64,000 bases of DNA from an uncultured delta proteobacterium (GCA_963794325.1 CAWCDG010000002.1:256001-320000), one strand, 5' to 3'; numbered from the stretch's first letter, positions 19,314 through 30,580 are shown. The notes: generated by a model from the letters alone, not told the origin. Program-made: numbers and translations.

Positions 19314-20133
19314 GCTGCACCCAGTCTGCGGCCCGCGATTGCAGGCCCGTGTAGAAGGATTCGGAAAGCTCGCGCTGCTTGCGACGCACCGCTTCAGGAC
19401 TGTCGAACTTCAACTGGTAGGCGAACTCCGCGACGATCGGCTGGTTGGTCGCGTGCACTCGCCAAACCGCCAGCGTCGTCTTCGCCGCGAGCTTGTGCCC
19501 GAAGTCCAGCATCCCGAGATCGACCAGATATTCCTGAATCGAGACGCCGTTCACGACGCTCAGGGGCGCCTTCGGATTCGCGTCGATCCTCTTGAGCGCG
19601 GGAAACGCTTCCGCGGTCGTCTCGAATCGCTGCGTCAATATGATGTTGGGCGTGTCGAGCTCGCAGTTGTGTGAGTACACCAGCCGCATCCCGAGCGCCC
19701 CGTCCTTCGGCAGGAGGATTTCCTCCTTGAATTTCAGCGTGTACTTGCATGGCAGCAGCGGCCGCGGATCCACTGCCAGTGCCACGTTTTTTTCCGGATG
19801 CCGAAACTTGATCACCAGCTCGTGATTCGGATCGGGCGCCCCGTGATGATAGAACGTCCGCTTTCTCAGGATGAAGCCGTGATTGTAGAGCTTGAAGTGC
19901 GGGGTGTCGTAGAAGACCACTTCGCGCGTGTGCGGCTTGATCGGTTCGTCCATCCGGTCGAGCTTGATGCCGAGTGATTTCGCCGAGTGATGCGCGAGCT
20001 TCCAGAATTTGTGGAATGACTTCTCGTCGGGGAACAGGTCCGGCTTCAGTAGCAGCTTATATTCGCGATACTGGACCTGGTCCGACGGTACTATCGGCTC
20101 GTAAAGCTTTGAACTTTCGGAGTGCGCGCTCAT
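19249..20133 (-). CDS. CYTH/triphosphate-tunnel-like protein
   Basis: REYKLLLK, FYDT..LYNHGFILRKR and terminal TTKT match the CYTH motif pattern. Confidence 0.6.
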   Translation of the reverse strand: MSAHSESSKLYEPIVPSDQVQYREYKLLLKPDLFPDEKSFHKFWKLAHHSAKSLGIKLDRMDEPIKPHTREVVFYDTPHFKLYNHGFILRKRTFYHHGAPDPNHELVIKFRHPEKNVALAVDPRPLLPCKYTLKFKEEILLPKDGALGMRLVYSHNCELDTPNIILTQRFETTAEAFPALKRIDANPKAPLSVVNGVSIQEYLVDLGMLDFGHKLAAKTTLAVWRVHATNQPIVAEFAYQLKFDSPEAVRRKQRELSESFYTGLQSRAADWVQRGTTKTALIYGYGNASLKHQE

Positions 20134-20258
20134 CTGAAATTCTTTGTCCGTCAAATACTACTGATTTGCTGGCGGGTCCGAAACTGTTACTCAGTCATTT
20201 TGGAGACGAAGCCCAGCGTAGCGAAATACCTGCGGGGCCAGCCTGCCGGGAGTCAAAC

Positions 20259-21536
20259 ATGAGCATTACAACACCGCTGTCCGAGCGCATCGCCGCAGCA
20301 ATTCCGCGCGGCGTCAGCGTGCCGATTCCAATCCTTGCCCATCATGCATCGGGCGCTGAAATCTGGGACGCCGACGGCCGCCGCTATATCGACTTCGGCG
20401 GCGGTATCTCGGTACTCAACGTTGGCCATCGCCATCCGCACGTGATGGCAGCGGTGAATGCTCAGCTCGACGCGTTCACTCACACCTGCTTCGGCGTGAC
20501 GCCGTACGAATCGTACATCAAGCTCGCCGAGCGAATGAATCAGCTCGCGCCGATCGCCACGCCGAAGAAGAGTATCTTTCTCACGACGGGCGCCGAGGCA
20601 GTCGAGAACGCCGTCAAAATTGCGCGTCATGCGACCGGCCGCTCGGCAATCATTTCGTTCACCGGCGGATTTCACGGCCGCACACTCATGGCGCTCGCGC
20701 TCACCGGCAAAATAAATCCATACAAAGCCGGCTTCGGACCATTTCCCGCCGACACGTTTCACGCGCCGTTCCCCGATGCTTATCGAGGCGGCAGCACCGA
20801 GAAGAGTCTCGCTGCGCTCGAGATGCTGTTCAAATCGTCGGTCGAGCCGTCGCGCATTGCGGCGATTATCATCGAGCCGGTGCAAGGGGAGGGCGGCTTC
20901 AACGTCGCGCCATTCGAGTTTCTTCGCGAGCTGCGCGCGCTGTGCGATCGGCACGGCATCATTTTCATTGCCGACGAAATCCAGACTGGCTTCGGCCGCA
21001 CCGGCCGGATGTTTGCGGTCGAGCACGCCGGCGTCGAGCCCGATCTCATCACAGTCGCGAAAAGCCTCGCCGGTGGATTCCCACTCTCTGGTGTCATCGG
21101 CCGCGCCGCTATCATGGACAGCGTTGCGCCTGGCGGCCTCGGCGGCACGTTCGCCGGTAATCCAGTGTCATGCGCGGCAGCCCTCGCCGTGCTCGACGTA
21201 TTCCGCGACGAGCATGTGCTGGCGCGCGCCGAAAAGCAGGGCGTCCTCGTGCGTGCGCGTCTCGACGTGATGCGCGAACGATTCCCTGTCATCGGCGATG
21301 TGCGCGGCCTCGGTGCGATGCTCGCGATCGAGCTCGTGCGCAACCGCGTTTCCAGAGAGCCAGCCCCCGAACTCGCCAGCCGGATGGCGAAGCTCGCTTC
21401 CGAGCGCGGCCTGATCCTGCTCACCGCCGGAATCTACGGGAACGTGATTCGAATCCTGGCGCCACTGACCGCCTCGCCCGAATTGATGGACGAAGGCCTG
21501 ACAATTCTGGAGCAATCGATCGCCGACTTACGCTAG
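20259..21536 (+). CDS. gabT: 4-aminobutyrate aminotransferase (class III PLP)
   Basis: IDFGGGISVLNVGH, TGAEAVENAVK, EPVQGEGG, DEIQTGFGRTG and AKSLAGG motifs. Confidence 0.92.
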   Translation: MSITTPLSERIAAAIPRGVSVPIPILAHHASGAEIWDADGRRYIDFGGGISVLNVGHRHPHVMAAVNAQLDAFTHTCFGVTPYESYIKLAERMNQLAPIATPKKSIFLTTGAEAVENAVKIARHATGRSAIISFTGGFHGRTLMALALTGKINPYKAGFGPFPADTFHAPFPDAYRGGSTEKSLAALEMLFKSSVEPSRIAAIIIEPVQGEGGFNVAPFEFLRELRALCDRHGIIFIADEIQTGFGRTGRMFAVEHAGVEPDLITVAKSLAGGFPLSGVIGRAAIMDSVAPGGLGGTFAGNPVSCAAALAVLDVFRDEHVLARAEKQGVLVRARLDVMRERFPVIGDVRGLGAMLAIELVRNRVSREPAPELASRMAKLASERGLILLTAGIYGNVIRILAPLTASPELMDEGLTILEQSIADLR

Positions 21537-21569
21537 CACTGCAAGCCCAATTCGTATGAAATATGGGCG

Positions 21570-21698
21570 ATGAGGCTCCCCGACGTTATCGGAGTCGGGC
21601 CCCCGCGCCCCGGCTCGACCGGGCTCTACAACGCGCTGCGCGAGTCCGTGGACCTGCCCAGCGGGATCAAGGAGAGTCAGTTCTTCAAGGATCGATGA
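21570..21698 (+). pseudogene. Truncated sulfotransferase N-terminus (42 aa)
   Basis: MRLPDVIGVGPPRPGSTGLYNALRESVDLPSGIKESQFFKDR*; close nucleotide similarity to 22713-22865; its TGA overlaps the next ATG. Confidence 0.75.
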
Positions 21699-22591
21699 GC
21701 CAGAAGGAGAAATACCGGCTGCCCGAGTTTCTCGGAGTCGGTCCGCCGCGCACCGGCACAACCTGGCTGCATAACGTCCTCCAGGGCCATGTCGATCTGC
21801 CCTACGGCATTAAGGAGACGGGATTTTTCTCCGTCTACTACGACAAAGGCATCGATTGGTACGCGCGCCATTTTCGTTACGCGACTGGCGAGCGCCGAGT
21901 CGGCGAGATTTCCTGCTACTTCTTCGAACCGGAGGCGCGCGAGCGCATCAAGACCCACATCCCCAATTGCAAGATCATCACGACGATGCGCGATCCGGTC
22001 GATCGCCTGTATTCGATGTACAAGCTGTTGCGGCATAACGCAGTCGCGCGTCGCGGCACGTTCGAGGAGACTTTGAACCTGTGGCCATCGATGGCAAAGG
22101 GCAACCGTTACGCGTCAAATCTTCAGGGATGGTTCGACCAGTTCGGCCGGGAAAATGTCCTGGTCACGATGTACGATGAATTGCGCTCGGACCCGCAGCA
22201 GTACTTGAATCGGATCACCGGATTCATCGGCATCGATCGAATCGCGCTCTCCGACCGTCCCCGCATACGCGACGACGTGTACGCCTTCTACCGTGCGCCC
22301 AGGAACCGCAAACTCGCGCGCAATGCGTGGCGGGTGAAGTCCTGGCTCAAGGGACGCCAGGCGTATGGCGCAATCAACTTGCTCGAACGCGCAGGCGTAT
22401 GGCAATTCTGCGGAGGGCGCGGAGAGCCATTTCCACAGCTCACACCCGAGCAGGATGCGCGGTTGCGGGAGCGCCTCCTACCCGAAATCGGAGCCCTCGA
22501 AGAATTGCTCATGCTCGATCTCTCCGTCTGGAAGAAACCGCGCGCGACGCGCGTTGCCGAAGATCCCTTGTCGCGACTAACCAACAAATGA
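21695..22591 (+). CDS. PAPS-dependent sulfotransferase 1
   Basis: 5'-PSB GPPRTGTTWL; KETGFF..YDKGIDWY; 3'-PB RDPVDRLYS. Confidence 0.9.
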   Translation: MSQKEKYRLPEFLGVGPPRTGTTWLHNVLQGHVDLPYGIKETGFFSVYYDKGIDWYARHFRYATGERRVGEISCYFFEPEARERIKTHIPNCKIITTMRDPVDRLYSMYKLLRHNAVARRGTFEETLNLWPSMAKGNRYASNLQGWFDQFGRENVLVTMYDELRSDPQQYLNRITGFIGIDRIALSDRPRIRDDVYAFYRAPRNRKLARNAWRVKSWLKGRQAYGAINLLERAGVWQFCGGRGEPFPQLTPEQDARLRERLLPEIGALEELLMLDLSVWKKPRATRVAEDPLSRLTNK

Positions 22592-22747
22592 GCGCGACCG
22601 GCAAGCACCGGGAAAAAACCGTGCGCGCCGCGGGTCCTCAAAAATTCTCCGCTGTGCACGCTGCCGCAACTAGTCAACGGATGAATGCGCAGTCTCTCGC
22701 CGACATGCGCTGGCACTGCACGCCCAATTCGTATGAAATATGGCCTT

Positions 22748-23635
22748 ATGAGGCTCCCCGACGTCATCGGAATCGGGCCCCCGCGCACCGGCTCGACCTG
22801 GCTTTACAACGCGCTGCGTGACTCCGTGGACATGCCCTACGGGGCCAAGGATACGCACTTCCTGGACTACTTCGATCAAAAGGGGATCGGTTGGTACGCG
22901 GATCACTTTCGCTACGCGACCGGTAAACGAAAAGTCGTGGAGATATGTCCCGGCGCGTTTTTCAAACCCCGCGCCCGCGAGCTTATCAAGACCCACATTC
23001 CGCAGTCCAAAATCGTCGCGACCATGCGCAATCCCGTGGACCGAATCTATTCCGTTTACAAGCTCCTGCGTCGTTACGGATGGGTGCGCAGCGGAACCTT
23101 CGACGAGATCCTGAATGCATGGCCGAACCTGGGCTCAGGCAACCGCTACGCGGAGCATTTGAAGGACTGGTTCGAAAGCTTCGGCCGCGAAAACGTCCTG
23201 GTCACCATATACGATGAGTTGCGAGCGGACCCGCAGATTTATGTGAATCGGGTCTGCGATTTCATCAGCGTCGAGCGAGTAGCGCTCGCCCCGCACTCCG
23301 ACCTTGGCAGCGATGTAAATTCCTTTGCCCGTGCGCCCAAAAATCGCCGGCTCGCCCGCCGCGCAACCGCAGTGATCAATTGGCTGAACGGCCACCAGGC
23401 CTATCCCGTGCTCAACGCGCTGGAGCGCGCGGGCGTCTGGGAATTCTGCCAGGGCCGTGGCGAGATATATCCGCGCCTTACCCCGGAGCAGGAGAAGCGT
23501 TTGCGTGAGCGCTTCCTTCCTGAAGTCGAAGCGCTCGAGGAACTGCTCAGGATCGATCTCTCGTCATGGAAAGAGCCCCGCACCGATCGCGGGCTTCCGA
23601 AGGATAGCCGGCCTTCGCGGCTGGCCCTGGGATGA
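22748..23635 (+). CDS. PAPS-dependent sulfotransferase 2
   Basis: GPPRTGSTWL; RNPVDRIYS. Confidence 0.9.
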   Translation: MRLPDVIGIGPPRTGSTWLYNALRDSVDMPYGAKDTHFLDYFDQKGIGWYADHFRYATGKRKVVEICPGAFFKPRARELIKTHIPQSKIVATMRNPVDRIYSVYKLLRRYGWVRSGTFDEILNAWPNLGSGNRYAEHLKDWFESFGRENVLVTIYDELRADPQIYVNRVCDFISVERVALAPHSDLGSDVNSFARAPKNRRLARRATAVINWLNGHQAYPVLNALERAGVWEFCQGRGEIYPRLTPEQEKRLRERFLPEVEALEELLRIDLSSWKEPRTDRGLPKDSRPSRLALG

Positions 23636-24519
23636 GCCCGGCAGTGAAGCGCCACTTGCCGGAGATTCTTGGCGTTGGTCCAGGACGCTCCGGCACGACC
23701 TGGTTGCATCGCGTGCTCGAGGGCCACGTCGATCTGCCTTATGGCGTCAAAGAAGTGCTCTATTTCACCCTTTTCTATGACAAGGGCATCGACTGGTACG
23801 CCCGCCATTTTCGCTACGCGACCGGCGAGCGTAAGGTCGCCGAGATTTGTCCCTACTTTTTCAGTCCCGAAGCTCGCGACCGCATCAAGACCGACCTCCC
23901 GAACTGCAAGATCATCATCACGCTGCGCGAGCCGGTCGATCGAATCTATTCAGTCTACAAGACCAGGCGGCATTACGGATGGCTGCGCGGCGGAACGTTG
24001 GAGGAGGTGCTCAAAGTGAGGCCTCAGCTCGGCGGAGGCTATAACTACGCATTCCATCTCAAAGCATGGTTCGACATCTTCGGCCGCGAGAATGTGCTGG
24101 TCACTCTCTATGATGAATTGCGCAAGCAGCCACAGTCCTATCTGGATCGGGTGACGGATTTCAGCGGCATTGAAAGGATATCCCTCTCGACGAGGCCTGA
24201 AATCGAGAGTGACGTGCACTCGTTTGCACGCGCGCCCAAAAGCAGCAAACTCGCGCGCAACGCCCGGCGCCTGATGTATTGGTTGCAGGGTCATCAGGCA
24301 TACGCTGTGAGTGACCTGTTCGAGCGGGCGGGCATCTGGGATTTCTGCTACGGACGTGGCGAGCTATATTCGCCGCTCACCCCGGAACAGGACGCGCGTT
24401 TGCGTGAGCGCTTTCTGCCTGAAGTCGAAGCGCTGGAAGAACTGCTCAGGATCGATTTGTCCGCGTGGAAGAAACCGCGCGCGCCACGCGTCGTCGAAAA
24501 TTCCCTGCCAACCGCTTGA
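23632..24519 (+). CDS. PAPS-dependent sulfotransferase 3
   Basis: GPGRSGTTWL; REPVDRIYS. Confidence 0.9.
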   Translation: MSPAVKRHLPEILGVGPGRSGTTWLHRVLEGHVDLPYGVKEVLYFTLFYDKGIDWYARHFRYATGERKVAEICPYFFSPEARDRIKTDLPNCKIIITLREPVDRIYSVYKTRRHYGWLRGGTLEEVLKVRPQLGGGYNYAFHLKAWFDIFGRENVLVTLYDELRKQPQSYLDRVTDFSGIERISLSTRPEIESDVHSFARAPKSSKLARNARRLMYWLQGHQAYAVSDLFERAGIWDFCYGRGELYSPLTPEQDARLRERFLPEVEALEELLRIDLSAWKKPRAPRVVENSLPTA

Positions 24520-24534
24520 AGCAATAGCCAATCG

Positions 24535-25404
24535 ATGAGCGCAACCGTCAACCGTCGACTGCCGGAAATTATCGGCGCTGGTCCCGGCCGCACCGGCACC
24601 ACCTGGTTGCATCGCGTGCTCGAGGGCGTCGTTGATTTGCCGTACGGCGTCAAGGAGACCCAGTTCTTCAATACCTTCTACGACAAGGGCATCGACTGGT
24701 ACGCGCGTCACTTTCGCTACGCCACGGGAGCGCGCAAGATCGCTGAAATCTGCCCCTACTTTTTCCATCCGCTCGCGGCCGGCCGGATAAAGGCCCACAT
24801 TCCGAATTGTCGCATCATCACCACTTTGCGCGATCCCGTCGACCATTCGTTTTCGGCGTACAAGCTGGTCCTTCACTTCGCATGGGCGCGCGGCACGTTC
24901 GACGAGGTGCTGATATCGCGGCCGAACCTGGGCAGCGGCAACCGTTACGCGTCGCATCTCAAGACCTGGTTCGACCTGTTCGGCCGCGAGAACGTGCTGG
25001 TCACGATGTACGATGAATTGCGCGCGCAGCCGCAGTCGTACCTCGATCGCGTGACCGATTTCATGGGTGTCGAGCGCGTCGCACTTTCCGCGCACCCTGA
25101 AATCGGCGATGAGGTCCACTCGTTTGCGCGTGCTCCCAAAAGCCCCATACTCGCTCGCCGCGCGCGGAAGATGATGTACTGGTTGCAAGGCCATCAGGCT
25201 TACAGTGCCATCAACCTGCTCGAGCGAGTGGGCGTGTGGGATTTCTGTTACGGACGCGGCGAGCCGTTCGGCCGTCTCACGGAGGAACAGGAACATCGCC
25301 TGCGCGAGCGCTACCTGCCCGAAGTCGAGGCGCTCGAGGAATTGCTCCGCATCGATCTCTCGGCATGGAAGAAGCCGCAAGTGCGGCACGCGACGGTTGC
25401 GTAA
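24535..25404 (+). CDS. PAPS-dependent sulfotransferase 4
   Basis: GPGRTGTTWL; RDPVDHSFS. Confidence 0.9.
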   Translation: MSATVNRRLPEIIGAGPGRTGTTWLHRVLEGVVDLPYGVKETQFFNTFYDKGIDWYARHFRYATGARKIAEICPYFFHPLAAGRIKAHIPNCRIITTLRDPVDHSFSAYKLVLHFAWARGTFDEVLISRPNLGSGNRYASHLKTWFDLFGRENVLVTMYDELRAQPQSYLDRVTDFMGVERVALSAHPEIGDEVHSFARAPKSPILARRARKMMYWLQGHQAYSAINLLERVGVWDFCYGRGEPFGRLTEEQEHRLRERYLPEVEALEELLRIDLSAWKKPQVRHATVA

Positions 25405-25408
25405 GTAG

Positions 25409-26317
25409 ATGGACAATTCTTCGAATAGCGCACGCGATTTGCGACTTCCCGACTTCATCGGCGTCGGGCCCGGCCGCACCGGCACGACCTGGCTGCATGA
25501 AGTGCTCAAGGGTCGCGTCAATCTGCCGGCCGGAATCAAAGAGACTGATTTTTTCACCACCAACTACAGCAAGGGCATCGAGTGGTATGCGCATCACTTT
25601 CGCGACGCCGACCGCCTCCGCCCGATCGGTGAGGTCAATCCATACTTCGGTTTCCCCGAAGCCGCAGAGCGCATCTCGATTCATATTCCGCGCTGCAAGA
25701 TCATTTGCTCGTTCCGCAATCCGGTCGAGCGAATCTACTCGGCTTACAAACTTTGGCGTCACTATACGCTGACCAACGATCCGCTCGATAAATTTCTGGT
25801 AAAAGTTCCGCAGGTGATCGAAGTTACGCGCTACGCGACGCATCTGCCTGACTATCGCGCGCGTTTCGGCGACGACCGGGTGCTGGTCCTGCTCAACGAC
25901 GATCTGCGGAGCGATCCGCAAGCGTACCTCGACTGCGTCTGTGATTTCATCGGTATCGAGCATTACCTCGTGCCTGCTGCTGCGGCCGAAGGCGAGTTGA
26001 TCAACTCGATTAACGACTTGCCCCGGTTTCCCCGCGTCGCGCGCAAGGCGCGCCACTTCATGCACTGGCTCGAGGACAAACAAGCCTACGGCACCAGCAA
26101 CTTTCTCGAACAGGCGGGTGCGTGGAAGCTGGTTTTCGGCGGCGGCCCAAAATTTCCGCCGCTCGATCCGGCAATCGAAGCGCGTCTGCATGAACTCATG
26201 CGTCCCGAAATCGAGGCGCTCGAGAAAATGATCGGACGCGACCTCTCCGCATGGAAGACTCCTCGCGGCCGCAGCAGTACCATCGTCACCCGCGCAGCTT
26301 CACTCCAGGAAAGTTAG
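25409..26317 (+). CDS. PAPS-dependent sulfotransferase 5 (most divergent)
   Basis: PDFIGVGPGRTGTTWL; RNPVERIYS. Confidence 0.9.
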   Translation: MDNSSNSARDLRLPDFIGVGPGRTGTTWLHEVLKGRVNLPAGIKETDFFTTNYSKGIEWYAHHFRDADRLRPIGEVNPYFGFPEAAERISIHIPRCKIICSFRNPVERIYSAYKLWRHYTLTNDPLDKFLVKVPQVIEVTRYATHLPDYRARFGDDRVLVLLNDDLRSDPQAYLDCVCDFIGIEHYLVPAAAAEGELINSINDLPRFPRVARKARHFMHWLEDKQAYGTSNFLEQAGAWKLVFGGGPKFPPLDPAIEARLHELMRPEIEALEKMIGRDLSAWKTPRGRSSTIVTRAASLQES

Positions 26318-26324
26318 CGTCGCG

Positions 26325-27227
26325 ATGGCAAAGGTGTCCGTAATAATCCCTGTCTACAACGGCGCCGCCACGATTGGCCGCGCACTGGCGAGTGTGTTGG
26401 CGCAAACCTTCACCGACTACGAAATTGTGGTAGTCAATGACGGCTCGACTGACGACACCGCGTCGGTGCTGGCGGGCTACGGCGATAGAATCCGAGCGAT
26501 CCTCCTGTCCCACAGCGGGGTTTCCGCGGCACGCAATGCCGGTGTTCGTGCCTCGAGTGGCGAGTATCTCGCGTTTCTGGACGACGACGACGAGTGGATG
26601 GCGCGAAAGTTGGAGTTAAGCGTGCCGGTTCTCGACCGCGAGGCTGATTGTGTCCTCGTATACACCCGCGGGTTCAAACTCGATCAGTGCGGGCGAAGCG
26701 TCGGGACTCTGGATGGACAGACCGAAGGCTCCGAATCGCCTACCATGAAGCAACTGCTCGAGCGGCCGTGGAATGTCGTGCCAAGCCAATTCGTGGTGCG
26801 GCGGGGAGCTTTCGAACAGTGCGGCGGCTTCCACGAGCGTTTGTCGGCATTCGAGGACCGGTACTTTCTGCTGATGGCGCGCGAGCTCGGCCATTTTCAT
26901 TGCGTGCCCGAGCAGCTGATGCGCAAGACCTCGCGCCCGCTCTATCCAACGATGCTGCAACGCGAACCGCAATATGAATTGTTCCTCGAGCTGGTGCGCG
27001 CGCGGTACGGCGCTGCTGCCAACGGCCTTATAGCAGGCTCCAACCGCGAACAAGCCCGGGTTTTCAAGCAAGCCGGCCGCGTGCTGATGAAAGAGGGCCG
27101 CAGAGAACACGCACGTCGATGCCTCGCGCGCGTCATCTACTATGAACCTACGTCGCCGCGGGCGTACCGCAAATATCTGAAAACTTTTTTGCCAACCCGC
27201 TCGAGCCCACGCGCGGGCGCACGGTAA
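26325..27227 (+). CDS. GT2 glycosyltransferase
   Basis: VSVIIPVYN, VNDGSTD, SAARN and FLDDDD motifs. Confidence 0.92.
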   Translation: MAKVSVIIPVYNGAATIGRALASVLAQTFTDYEIVVVNDGSTDDTASVLAGYGDRIRAILLSHSGVSAARNAGVRASSGEYLAFLDDDDEWMARKLELSVPVLDREADCVLVYTRGFKLDQCGRSVGTLDGQTEGSESPTMKQLLERPWNVVPSQFVVRRGAFEQCGGFHERLSAFEDRYFLLMARELGHFHCVPEQLMRKTSRPLYPTMLQREPQYELFLELVRARYGAAANGLIAGSNREQARVFKQAGRVLMKEGRREHARRCLARVIYYEPTSPRAYRKYLKTFLPTRSSPRAGAR

Positions 27228-27243
27228 GCCTGAGCCAGGCCGG

Positions 27244-28200
27244 ATGGCATCTCAAAATAATCTGGAGAGCTGCGGATCCTCGCCTCGATTATCGGTGATA
27301 ATCGCCGTGTACAACGGGGCGGCGACAATTAACCGTGCGCTCGAGAGCGTCTTCGCGCAAACCTTCGGCGATTTCGAGATTGTGGTCGTCAACGACGGGT
27401 CGACCGACGACACAGCCTCGGTGCTCTCGCGCTACGGGGATCGTATTCGCGTAATCACGCAGCCCAATCGCGGTCTCTCAGCCGCGCGCAACGCCGGCGC
27501 ACGCGCGTCGAGCGGCGAGTACCTCGCATTCCTCGACGACGACGACGAGTGGATGCAAACCAAGCTTGCGCGAAGTGTTCCCATCCTTGACGCCGACCCG
27601 GATTGCGCGCTGGCCTACACCTTCGCCCTCAGAGTCGATCCGCAGGGCTCGCCGACCGCTACACCCGAGGCACGCCCCGAAGGGGCCGAGTCGCCCACGA
27701 TGAAAGAAATGCTGGCGCATCCGTGGAACGTCGTGCCCAGCCAGTTCGTAGTGCGCCGCGAGGTCTTCGAGCGATGCGGCGGGTTTCATGAACGATTCAC
27801 AACCTCATGCGAGGATCTTTATTTCCTGCTGAACGCTCGTGAGCACGGCCACTTCCGATGCATGCCCGAATTTCTTCTGCGCAAGGAGACCCGGCCGCTA
27901 TATCCAAAGGCGCTCGAACGCGAGCCGGAATGCGACCTCTTTGTCGAGTTGGTCCACCAGCGTTATGGCGCGTCGGCCGCTGGACTTATCGACGGATTCC
28001 GGCGATCGCGGGTCAAGGTGTTGCGCCATCTCGGCCGCGTTCTCATCGAGGAGGGCCGCCCCGACGACGCGCGCCGATGCCTGGCGCGCGTACTCCACTA
28101 TGAACCCGCGTCGCCGAAGGCGTACTACCGGTATCTGAAAACTTTTATCAAGCCCCGCACCGCGCGCGCGCCGTCGAGCCCGGACGGCCGCGGTGTCTGA
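27244..28200 (+). CDS. GT2 glycosyltransferase
   Basis: SVIIAVYN, NDGSTD and FLDDDD; close paralog of the preceding gene. Confidence 0.92.
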   Translation: MASQNNLESCGSSPRLSVIIAVYNGAATINRALESVFAQTFGDFEIVVVNDGSTDDTASVLSRYGDRIRVITQPNRGLSAARNAGARASSGEYLAFLDDDDEWMQTKLARSVPILDADPDCALAYTFALRVDPQGSPTATPEARPEGAESPTMKEMLAHPWNVVPSQFVVRREVFERCGGFHERFTTSCEDLYFLLNAREHGHFRCMPEFLLRKETRPLYPKALEREPECDLFVELVHQRYGASAAGLIDGFRRSRVKVLRHLGRVLIEEGRPDDARRCLARVLHYEPASPKAYYRYLKTFIKPRTARAPSSPDGRGV

Positions 28201-28210
28201 GCGTCCACCG

Positions 28211-29134
28211 ATGCCACGAGTCTCGGTAATAATTCCGGTTTACAACGGCGCCGCGACAATCGGCCGCGCGCTCAAAAGCGTTTTCGATCAAACTTTCACT
28301 GATTATGAAGTCGTAATCTGCGACGACGGTTCGACCGACGACACAGCTTCGGTTCTGGCAGCTTTCGGAGACCGGATACGGGTGATCCGTCAGTCCAACC
28401 GCAGATTCCCTGCCGCTCGTAACGCCGCTGTCGCCGCCAGCCATGGCGAATTGATCGCGCTCATCGATCACGATGACCAATGGCTCCCGCGAATGCTCGA
28501 GGTCAGCGTAACGGCCCTTCAAAACGACCGCGGCGCATCACTCGTTTACTCGGACGTAATTGTGGTCAACGAAGCGGGCGAAGAATCGCGCGCTTCCCCG
28601 GTCGGAGCCGACACTGCGCACGCGCCAACGATGGACGAGATGCTCGCGCGGATCTGGCCAATCATGCCGAGCACGGTCGTGATGCGCCGCACGGCATTTG
28701 ATCGCACGGGCGGATTTACCGAGAGCCTGGGCGAGGACCTCGATTTCTGGCCGCGGATAAGAGAGCAGGGCAGTTTCATTTATATTCCCGATCGCCTGGT
28801 GCGCTTCACCTTCGGTCAGCTATACCCCAAAATCCTGAAACGCGACGTCGGTCCCGAAGGGTTTATCAATCTGATCCGCAGCCGCTACGGATCGCGCGCC
28901 GACGGGTTGGTGGACGATTTCATGCGGCATCGGGTGAGGATGATCTCCAATGCCGGGGTGATCGAAATGAGCCGCGGAAATATGGCCGGCGCGCGCAGAT
29001 GCTTCGTCCGCGTGCTGAAGTATGACGCTGGGCACGTGAAGAGTTACATGCGAATAGCGCGCACGTTTTTGCCCGCGCCGCTTCGCCGCGCGCTGGGCGG
29101 GAAAGCTTCGCGCGGCGCTGACGCTCCTTCCTGA
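28211..29134 (+). CDS. GT2 glycosyltransferase
   Basis: VSVIIPVYN, DDGSTD and IDHDD motifs. Confidence 0.92.
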   Translation: MPRVSVIIPVYNGAATIGRALKSVFDQTFTDYEVVICDDGSTDDTASVLAAFGDRIRVIRQSNRRFPAARNAAVAASHGELIALIDHDDQWLPRMLEVSVTALQNDRGASLVYSDVIVVNEAGEESRASPVGADTAHAPTMDEMLARIWPIMPSTVVMRRTAFDRTGGFTESLGEDLDFWPRIREQGSFIYIPDRLVRFTFGQLYPKILKRDVGPEGFINLIRSRYGSRADGLVDDFMRHRVRMISNAGVIEMSRGNMAGARRCFVRVLKYDAGHVKSYMRIARTFLPAPLRRALGGKASRGADAPS

Positions 29135-29138
29135 ATTA

Positions 29139-29295
29139 CCTCGCCCCACGAGGGGGAAGCCCCGCTGACGTGCGTCCGAGCGCGGCGGGTGAGGGACCTT
29201 AGTTGCCGAAGATTCCGGATGTGCGGCGCAACAGGCAATCGCGTCGCACAAATGTCTCTCACCCTAACCCTCTCCCCTCGTGGGGCGAGGGAATC
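29139..29295. repeat. BoxC-like palindromic intergenic repeat
   Basis: ctcaccctaaccctctcccctcgtggggcgaggg; inverted homolog at 41414-41548. Confidence 0.7.
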
Positions 29296-29302
29296 AGACA
29301 GA

Positions 29303-30580
<1,278 letters not shown>

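Noticed and set aside
19974-20258. Long N-terminal extensions in the ORF track for gabT (also ctaG, dihaem c, DUF1329)
   Set aside because: They overlap neighbouring genes or promoter regions; downstream starts fit the family lengths better.
21536-26317. Recurring near-identical blocks suggesting a CRISPR or tandem repeat array
   Set aside because: They are conserved segments of paralogous genes about 900 bp apart; no spacer structure and no cas genes.
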